Of a stretch of 64,000 nucleotides of DNA, positions 55,171 to 64,000 are shown in pieces; the stretch's first letter is position 1, and each line of letters opens with the position of its first letter. A model generated the notes under the pieces. The model was not told where the DNA came from and did no database searches. It saw only the letters and a program-made list of their open reading frames with translations. The translations under genes and the position numbers were made by a program. This stretch comes from Vicugna vicugna (lineage: Eukaryota), in the NCBI GenBank assembly GCA_013265495.1, contig MU057887.1, positions 3,195,576 through 3,259,575 of the forward strand. Reading direction: 5' to 3'.

Positions 55171-58100
55171 CCCAGAACACCTAGGTGGGTGTCAAAGGGG
55201 CCTGGACAGGCAGGCCCACCATGGCGTGTGGGGAAGACCCCGGAGGAGGTGACACGGGAGCCCAGCCAGGTGGCCTGAGGGGCAGCAAGGACACTCCCAG
55301 CAGAAGGACAGCTCGAGGAGACGGCTGGTGACAGGACCACGGGGACCCACGGGAGCCGTCGTCCAGGCCTCTGGTCTGCGGGGACAGAGATGGGGACGGA
55401 GACGCCTCGGCGCAGGTGACCAGAGGCTCCAGCCTTTGTTGCAGGGGCGACACAGCTCCCGCAGGGCGGCCGGCGGCCTTCACAAACCTCTGCGCCCTCA
55501 GTCAGCTCCCCAAGCAGCTTCATGTGCAGGCGGAGACAAGCAGCATTATTCAGGCAGCATGGGCCCCACCCGAGCTGGGGGCAGGAGCGCTGCGGGTGGG
55601 ACCACGCGTCCTGGTGGGACCGTCCCAGGGCGGCCTCCCGACAGCAGGGCAGCAAGGACGAGGAGGACCCCTGTCCCCCTGGAGAGCTCCTGCGGCTGCA
55701 GCCCCAAGGCCCAGGCCCTGAGGACCCCAGGGAGGCCACATGCGGAAGGCCCTGCGGCCCCCGGAGGGGTGGGCGTCTCCCGTCAGACCTAGAGGCTGGC
55801 CTCGTGGTGGACACGGGGCCCCTCACACACTCCCCCAGGGGCATTTGCAAGGAATTTCCGTGCTTCATCAGCTTCTCTGTTACTTCTGTGAATTCTGCAA
55901 GTGTTTAGTTAATTGATTAATTGTAAAAGGAACATTTAGCCAGGGAGTTGCAGGCCCTAAGAGGAGGGCTGGCGAACGCCCGCCCCAGGAGGCCCTGCAG
56001 GGAGGAGGGACACCCTGGGAGTGGTGCCGCCCCGGACTGGCGGGGGGTCCTTGCGGAGGGGCCCGGACAGGCCAGCGTGGCCCTGCCTCCCTTGGGGGGG
56101 TAGGGGGCCGTCGGCTGCCCCAGCCCAGCCCCTCCCTCCCCTCCAGACACCAGGCCTCGCCCGGAGCTGCAGGACATTAAAGTTTCAGGCCTCCTGGTGC
56201 ACCTGGAGCCGTCTACTCTATTTTTAATGCCTTCAGTCATCAAACCTGCCGAAGCCGACGTGCCCACAGCGAGACGTCTCCGTCTCCGAGCAATGTGTCA
56301 TTTTTTCCTGTTAATTTCACAGCAATGGCGAGGGGACAGGAATTGGTCAAACTAAATGAACTTGCAAGTGCCTCGCTCTTTATGTCGGAGAGGAGGGGCG
56401 GACTCGGGGCATTTTGCCGAGGCAGCTCCCCCTCATGGGTCTCCTGCTGGGGGTTAAGGACTGAGCGTTTAACCCAGGCCTGTGTGGGGCTGTCCCCGGC
56501 TGGGAATCCGGTCGGACGAGGCACCTTGGCTCCCTGGATGTGGCCCCCGCTGCTCGTGCACAGAGGCCAGCCTGCCCAGGAACTTTATGGGCCAACGTGA
56601 CCCCCGGATGTGGTGCCGGCCCCCTGGAGCCACACAGGAGGCTCCGAGAAGGTGGGGAGGACAAGGGGTGGCTGCCAGCAGAGCCCCTCTGTGTCCGGGG
56701 AGACCTGAATTCGGAGCAGAACCAAAGAAACCAGCCGACGTGGCCCGGGCCTCCCGGACTCCTCCCCGGAGAGGAAGCCCGTGAACCCACGATGGGACGC
56801 GGGGCTGGCAGCCTCCCCCAGGGCCTCCCCCGCACCCTCCTCCTGAGCTGCCGCAGCGTGAGCTGCACCGGGCTCCCCAGGATGGGCAGGCGGGGCCCTG
56901 GGGAGTCTGGGACAGCCGTGTTTCCGGGGAGAGTCTGATGTGGGAGGACAGTGCCAGGGCAGACGGGGGTCCAAGTGGGGGCCTGGTGAGGGATCTCCAG
57001 AGAAACGAGCCAAACCTGAGCCTTTAAATGATCTGCCTGCTTCCTTTTCACTTAAACTAATAATGACCCCTGAAGAAAAGCTAGAAACTGCAGGTAAGAA
57101 AAAACAAGCCCGAACGTGACCCCTGACTTGAGAAGGTCAACCCCGTGGGGACCCGTCCCATCTGCTGACCCTCACCTCCGCCTCACAAAGTGGCCGAGCC
57201 CCGGCCCAGGGCCCCCTCCCCGCCGGACACGGGCAGGAGAGGCCGCGTCCTCCGCCTTCGGGGCCCTGCCCGGTCGGCCACCCCTGCGCAGGCAGCCTCA
57301 TGGCCCCGGGGTCCTCTGGGTCACCCGCACCCATTTTTCCTGAGCGTTGGGCCTCTGAGCCGCCTGGACTTTCCAGGGATCCTCACGCACCCCCGCAAAC
57401 CCTCAGCTCGGGTGCGGGTCCCCCGGAGGGGCCCTCGAGGCCCAGGCCCACAGTCCTGGGATGTGGCCCATAAATGGAGGGGAAGTTCTGATGAGAACAG
57501 GGCAGGAGAACCACCCCAGGGCCGGGCGGGCAGGAGGGGAGGGATCCCATGCCCACGCTTGGCACAAACACCGGAAGTCACAGGGTCTCGTGACAAACTG
57601 CGAAACTCGGTACACGACCCATCACCCACTTGGACAAACAGCACAATTCAAAAGCGTGGACAGTCGTGGTTGCTAAGTGGGGCCGAGCCTGTGAAACACC
57701 GGGGAGAGCGCCCGTCCCCATCACGGCCGCCGCGTGTCCGCCGGCGGGGCCAGGGCGCTTCTCTGAGCCACAAAATGAAACGTGCACGAGTCACACATTC
57801 AGTCTCCTTCACTGTGTTTCAGCAAAATCACTAGATTTTAATCAACATTCATCTACTTTGTGTTCGACTAAAAATCATGAATTAAAGGTTTAAGTAATAA
57901 AATGTGCTTGTGTTAGAAGCACACACATTGTGGACACATTTTCATAAAAATGCCAGCGAAACTTAAGAGATAAAACTAAAAGCATGTTCTGTGTCTTTCA
58001 AAGAAGTTACTTCATTCCAAAACATCAAGGATTAGACATTAAAATTAAAGAGCAAAAGGTAAGTCCTAACTAATGAATGTTGTGGAAAACCACTGAAACA

Positions 58101-58391
58101 ACAAGGGCGTCTTTGTCGAAGAAAACCTCAGGGGATTTAAAAATGCAAACGTGCTGCCGTAAAGTCTAAACTTCTATAACATTTTTTGTTGGGTGTTTAC
58201 AGCCCTCCCGTTGCCGTTCACTTAATCTCACAAAAACCTGAGCACCTAAATTAAAATGATCTCAATACGAATGAATCTGGTTTTACTTGTTTTAAAATTG
58301 AATTAACTGGTATTAAAGTGTAATAGAAACTGATCCTATTTGTCAGTCGAATGTTCTTGTCCAACTAGTTGTCAAAACACCGTCACTGCCA

Positions 58392-58708
58392 GGCGGTGGT
58401 CACGGGGGCCTGGGAGGGAGGCGCGAGGTGTCGGTCAAGGGGCCGAGTTCCGGCTGCGAGACGTCAGCCGGGGGTCTGCTGGCAGCGCGGGCCCGGGGTT
58501 CACCCGGAGCGCTGTGTGCGTGAAGCCTGCCCGCAGGGTCGATCCCACACGTCCCCGGGACGAACGAGGTCGCCCGTGAGGTGGTGGAGACGTTCCTCAG
58601 CTCGGTAGTGGCGATGGTTTCACAACGCGCACGTGCACCAAGCCGCCAAGCTGTAGACCTCACATACGTCCACTCTCTAATTGGCAGTTTCACGTCAGTA
58701 AAGATGGC
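58392..58708 (+). mobile_element. L1MA-type 3' UTR, extremely GC-shifted
   Basis: gtgtcggtcaaggggccgagttccggctgcgagacg...gtgaggtggtggagacgtt...tttcacaacgcgcacgtgcaccaag...cagtaaagatgg aligns in order with recalled L1MA atgttggtcaaagggtacaaacttccagttataagatg...gtgaggtgatgga...tttcacaatgtatacatatatcaaa...caataaagctgg. Confidence 0.8.
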
Positions 58709-60590
58709 AGATGCACGTTCCGTCTAGACCTACGAGGTGCTCATGACCTCAGCCACGCTGGGCGCCCGTGTCCCTCCAGACCAGGCCTGGCCGGCACAGG
58801 AGCTCAGAGCGGGGAGAGACGCCTTCCCTGGGGGAGACACCGTGCTCCCCCGACCTGGGCAGCAGCTCAGCATCGACCTCCAGGCACGAAGCATCGGAGG
58901 GGCAGGAGGCAGGAGCATCCAACCTGTGGCTGGGGCCACGTGGTCAGGGCTGGAGTCTTGGGTGTGAGGAGCAGACACAGGTCGGGGCCAGGCACCCCCC
59001 CCACCCCACCCTGAGGAGGGGACGCTGAGCTACGTCCCTGGGGAGGGGCCAGTTTTTGGGCCAGAGCTTCCCCGCATGGCGGGCAGGCGGGGCTGGTTCC
59101 CAGCAGGTGGGCAGGGGGGTCCTGGGCCGGGGGGTCCTGGGCCATGCGGCCCATCCTCCTGGGCGGCAGGACTTGCTCTGAGCTCCGGGTGCTCCGTGGG
59201 AGTCTCCATCACAGAAACGCTGACAGAGAGCAGGAAACGGCCGAAGGACATCGGGGACCCTTCGCTCCGGAGGGCGGCCTCTGAAAGTCAGCCCCGGGCC
59301 CCCAGATGGCCCCTGGGACAGCGCGCAGCCCCCACCGCCCCGCGTGTGCGTGCAGGGCTGCCTGGGGTCTCGGGCCATCAGCACAACACGCTCCAGAGAG
59401 CGGCCTCGGCCGGCCTTCCCCTCTCCTCTTCCTGTGACCCCCACAGCCCCAGCGAGCCCCTGGCATCACCACCCCGTCCTGCCCACACCCCATCTGGTAG
59501 GGTCCGCACCTCCCCTTCCCTGAGGGACGGTGAGGTGGCCCCGCCCCCTCCAGGGCAGCCGAGTGTCCAGCAGGGATTCCCGCAGCGTCTCCAGAGGCAA
59601 CAAGGGGCCAAAAGGAGCAGGGGCCTCATGAGGCGGGGAGCCCCAGGACCCCGGCTGGAACGCACCCCCAGCCCCTCCAGCAGGTAGAAGCTCCTGGAAC
59701 ATCTCTGACTCAGGTGGTGAGGGAACGGGCGTTTCCCCCAAGACCAGTGAGCCATGGGGTGGGGGGGTAGCCTCAGCTGTGGGGGGCAGACAGGAGCCTA
59801 GTCCTGGAGGTGAGGCTGCCCTGAGGGCCAGAGACGCAGCGGCTACTGATTGACCCCAGAGCAGCCTTTCCTCTGCAAACAGCCATGTGACATCAGAAAA
59901 TCCCAGATGGACACGGGGTTTCCTGGACCCCCCACAAATTCACCCCGGACAGAGCACAGGGCACCGGGGCAGGGAGCAAACAGCACCTTCACGTAGGGTC
60001 CCCACAGTGGTCAGCCATTCCTGCGGAGGGCAGTCTGCACTGCCGGGTGAGTCGGCGGGAGGTGGCCCACCCCCGGGGGGAGGACCCGAATCCCACGGCC
60101 CCCTCCGGCCCCTCCCACGGCCACCCCTGTGCTGACTTCTGCTGCCACCGGGCAGGTGGGGATCTGGGCCCCCGAGGAGCAAGCCTCATGACCCAGGTCA
60201 CTCAGAGGGCAAAGTGACAGCTGTGCAGGCGGTCCAGCTGTGGGGCTCTGGACCCCTCAGCCGAGGCACTGCTGAGGTCACGCCGGCTCGTTCCCTGAGT
60301 CCTCCACATCCCCTGCATCCACATCTGTACCCCACAGAGCATCATCACCCGTCACCCCACATGGGGGCTGGGGCAGGGGTCTCGGGAAGGCCTGTGGCAG
60401 GACAAGGACGGGGCCTGGGGCCCAGCTGCCCCTGTGAGTAAGGCCTGCGGGGCCCAGCGACACAGGTCGGGGACAGGGCGGGAGGGGACGGAGGGACGCT
60501 CGGGGGCTGGGTCCCAGGTGTCACCCTTTGTGGCGGCGCTGAGCAGGGCTTCTCGGGGCAGCAGCTGGAGGTCTGGGAGCCCCCAGCAGT

Positions 60591-60602
60591 CCAGCAGGTG
60601 GC
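60591..60602 (+). promoter_or_regulatory. CTCF core-like motif
   Basis: CCAGCAGGTGGC matches CCASYAGRKGGC; the 3' flank (CA) is non-consensus. Confidence 0.25.
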
Positions 60603-61294
60603 CAGCTGTGCGGGGGGCGCCCTTCTCGGCCTCAGGGCAGGTCTTCGTCCTCTTCCCTGGCAGATGAGCTGGCCTCTCGGGGATCTTGCTTGGTCACCGG
60701 TAAGAGGACAGCTTCTTTCTCTGGTCTGTTTGACAGCGAAGCGAGGATGCTCAGAGGAGCCCACCCCGCTCCTGGGGCCCACAGAGCTTATTTTAAGAAT
60801 CATGCCGCTCAGAGCTCTTTGCCCCAACAGAGGAGCAGACCACAGACCGGCTCACGGGGTCTCGCAGACCCAGCGCCCTGGGGAGGAAGGCTGGCTCGGC
60901 ACAGGGAGCTCGCTGGAGTTAGCGACGCCTCCCCACGGAGAGGTCTGCTCCAGGGAGGAAATGCGGGGAACGAAGAGTGACTTCCTGCAGATTGGATACC
61001 GGAGAGACGGGCCAGGAGGGGCTTCGCCCGCCCCGCAGCAGGGTGGCTGCCTCAGCAGAGCTGCCCGCGTGGGGTGTCTGGGCATGCAGAGAGATGAAGG
61101 GGGGTCCTCGATGCCGAGGCAAGGGCCTCCAGGGGCGCAGAGGTCCCGGGAGGGAAGGAGACCTTCTGCAGACAATCGGGAAGGAATCAGGCTGGACACA
61201 CAAGCAATTAATTTCCACCAGGCTTGGGAGACAAGGAAGGGCGTCACGGTTTCATTGGGGAAGAAAGCGAGGAAGGAGTGGCTGGATGTGCAGC

Positions 61295-61323
61295 GGGGAT
61301 GGGGGCCCGTGGGCGGGGAGGGG
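61295..61323 (+). other. Potential G-quadruplex
   Basis: GGGG-AT-GGGGG-CCCGT-GGG-C-GGGG-A-GGGG: five G-tracts with short loops. Confidence 0.5.
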
Positions 61324-62119
61324 CTGTGAGCGTGGACGGCGCGGTGGGGGGCGGAGCCCCACAGGGAGGACCGCCCAGACCGGCGGGGGGACTGCGGAAG
61401 GCTGGGGGCTCTAAGCTCAGGGCCCCATCCAAGGAGGCACTCTGGGGCCCCAGGCGGTCACCCACTCCATGGTAGGCCACCGCGATTTGCCCTCTGGGCC
61501 AGGAACCGGGGAGCGGTGGGAGAGGAAGGGGTGGGGACTCTGCCCGCCAGGCCGCTCGGGTCTCGTGGCTGCAGGTGGCCCAGGAGGGTCGGCTGGGACA
61601 CAAGGGTGGGCCCGGGCTTCCCACTGGGGCAGGGGAGGGACACAAGGCCCCTCGCAGCCTCCCAGCTGGCCGGTCCCCAGAGAGTGAGCTTGCAGCCCCG
61701 AGGGGCCTTAGCTGCATTTCCAGAGGCTCCTCACTCCCTGGGCCCCCGACCCCCACGGAGCCCCGGTCTCGGCACCTCCGGCAGCTCCCAGTCTGTGAAT
61801 CAGAGCAGCTCCTCCAGCCACAGCATCCGCGGCAAAGCCCGGGGAGAACTGGCCAACAGTGCCCCCCGGTGGCCGCCGTCGCCTCCGCCGCCACCAGCAG
61901 CCTTCTGGGGTCCGCCTGGGAGGGACACTGGGCGGTGGATGCCGTCCGTCCCGGTCAGGCCTGTGTGAGCTGCGGAGGCTGGTTGTCTAGGTGAGTGTCT
62001 GTGTGTCCACTGTCAGTCCCGCGGGCCCTGCCGCTGCAGCTCCGGGGCTGCCTCTGTGTCTCCGCCAGCATGAAGGCCCCGCTGCCCTGGGGCCCTGCCA
62101 GCCTGGCCAGACAGATGGG

Positions 62120-62330
62120 TTTAGGGAGGGCTTCCTGGAGGAGGTGACACCACCCTGCTGAGGTTGTAGAGTGAAGACAGAATTGGCCAAAGCAGAGATG
62201 TGAGCTTGGGGCACACGGGGGCCTATATAGAGAGGAATGGGGGTTGGTGGGCGATGAGGGGGCGAGGGCTGGGAGTGAGACGGGGCAGAGTGTGGGAAGG
62301 GCCGGACCCCGGAGTGGGGGCGGCTCGGCT
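62120..62330 (-). mobile_element. L2 fragment
   Basis: agggagggcttcctggaggaggtgacacc...gctgaggttgtagagtgaagacagaattggccaaagcagag matches antisense L2 agggaaggcttcctggaggaggtgacatttgagctgag. Confidence 0.55.
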
Positions 62331-64000
62331 GCGTCCTCAGCCTTGTGCAGCCCTTGGGTGTACCCACCCGCCATGTTGCACACCCTGAATGCCAACAAAG
62401 CTGCGGGTCAATCGTGTCTCAGTAAACCTGGGGAGAAGCCTCTCCGCGCAGCACAGTGAGGAGCAGGCAGAACACAGGTGGCCTGGCGTTCGGCTGGTGG
62501 TGAGGGGCACACGGCCGTTTCTCGCTGTTGTGGGGGACGTGAGATGCTGGCATCCGGGAAACCTAGGGGAAGGGGTGCAGGGACTGCCGGTGCCCTTCTG
62601 GTTAATTTTCTCCAAATCTCAACTAATCTAAAATACAAAAAGTCACTTTTTAATCCACCTGCTCTCTGACCCCATCTCCCAAAACAGTCTCTACGGACAC
62701 CTGAGGATTCGCCGGAGGCTTTAGCGCTGTGGGGTTTGGGCTCAGAGACGATTCTGATTCCCAGGCCAGGAGGTGCCCTGGCTCACAAAGCCTCAGACAG
62801 AAACAGTGACCCTGCCCTAGGAGGCCCCGGGGGCCCGGTGTCGGTGCCACACCCAGGCTTCCTGCGAAACCGTGGAAGCCACCTCACCGCCAAGAGATGG
62901 TTCCCCAGCACTTGTCCCGGCGCCAGTGTTCACTGACGTTGTCGCCTCTCTGGGTGAAAAGCTGCTCTTCGGGACGGATTCCAAACGAAGCAACTGACCA
63001 CACCTGACTTGTTCAGGCTCGCTGGGACTTGGAGCAGTGACAGCACAGCGTGCGCTCCCGGCCCACGTTCACTTCACAAGGTGTTGGATCACTTGTTGGT
63101 GACTCGGTGGGCGCAGACCAGGCCGAGGGAGCCTGACTCTGAGTGGCCTTGGAGGGCCAGCCCCTGGCCCAGAGCTGCCCCCCTTGGCCATGGCGTCAGC
63201 TGTGTGGACGACGGCACGCCCGCCACCCAGGTGATAAATCCCCGAGGGGAGGGCGTGGCTGCGAGCTGAGGCGCAGAGATGGCCCAGAGACTGCTCACCC
63301 GGAAGGGCTGAAAGTCCCGGCCCCGTGCAAGGCCGCGTGTCCATGGCTTCGTCCCGGGAGGCCAGGAGGAGACTTCAGGTCAGAGGTGGGTGTGGCCAGC
63401 ATGGTGGCCCTGGCTGCCACCGAACTCACGTCGGCCCCCGTGACACACACCGATGGCATCACGCGGCTGGGGTGGGGTCAGTCAGGCCTCCCCTCCACTC
63501 AGTCGCTGGGCAAGCTTGGAGCTCTCTGGACAGGAAGTGACCCGGTCACCATGTTAGGGGCCCTCCACCTGGGAGGGGGCCCTGGAACACATCAGAGCGT
63601 CTCCCTGCTCCAGGAAGCGGGCTGAGCTGGTTGGGTGAGGCCCTGAGGGCTGGCCGCACAGTTCGGGGTTCGGTGCAGAAGGACCCGCCCCGCGTAGGAG
63701 CGAACGCCCTCCTCCCCTCCCCGTTCCTGACCCTGCTGTGTCTCCACCCTGGGGAAGGGGACAGGATTTTGCTCACGTCACAGGAGAGTTAAGCATCCCC
63801 CCGGGTCCCAGGAGCAGTGAGTTCAGCCCGGGTCCCGGCCCCCACCCCGGGGTGGCTGCCCCACACCCACGCTCAGCCGCTGAGGGGTGGGGTCGGGATG
63901 CTGGGCTTTGTCCCAGATGGCATGTTTTGCTCCCGATGATGTTGGCTGCAAGGAGTCTGGCCTGCCCGTGGGGCCCTTTTCCTAACAGGGCTGGCCCTTT

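Noticed and set aside
1-64000. Naming the host locus or neighbouring gene
   Set aside because: The landscape fits several subtelomeric gene deserts or large introns and I recognised no exon, so any gene name would be a guess; a BLAST of 15770-16600 would settle it.

Overview
Mammalian genomic DNA, very likely camelid (camel/alpaca/vicuna). The evidence is a tRNA-Ala-derived Vic-1-type SINE at 31892-31994, a young L1 3' end at 46879-47545 of the form I recall from camelid assemblies, and the absence of recognisable Alu, B1/B2, Bov-A/BovB or PRE1 elements. The window is GC- and CpG-rich and looks subtelomeric. I recognise no protein-coding exon; the long ORFs are Pro/Gly/Arg/Ala-rich by-products of high GC, and the only recognisable peptides are L1 ORF1/ORF2 remnants. 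It reads as a gene desert or large intron containing: (i) ancient repeats (MLT1, MLT2, MER21-like and MER41-like LTRs, L1M, L2, MIR), several rewritten A/T-to-G/C; (ii) a GC-rich VNTR with higher-order structure; (iii) two assembly gaps; (iv) AT-rich, homeodomain-motif-dense islands that look like conserved enhancers; (v) a cluster of REST/NRSF (RE1)-like sites in the first 17 kb. Repeat subfamily names come from my recollection of consensus sequences, not a database search, so family calls are firmer than subfamily calls, and boundaries of old repeats are approximate. I cannot demonstrate a novel biological system. The best leads are the RE1-plus-enhancer architecture, the GC-biased remodelling of old retroelements into CpG-island-like DNA, and a nested MER41-like LTR whose STAT site appears erased.
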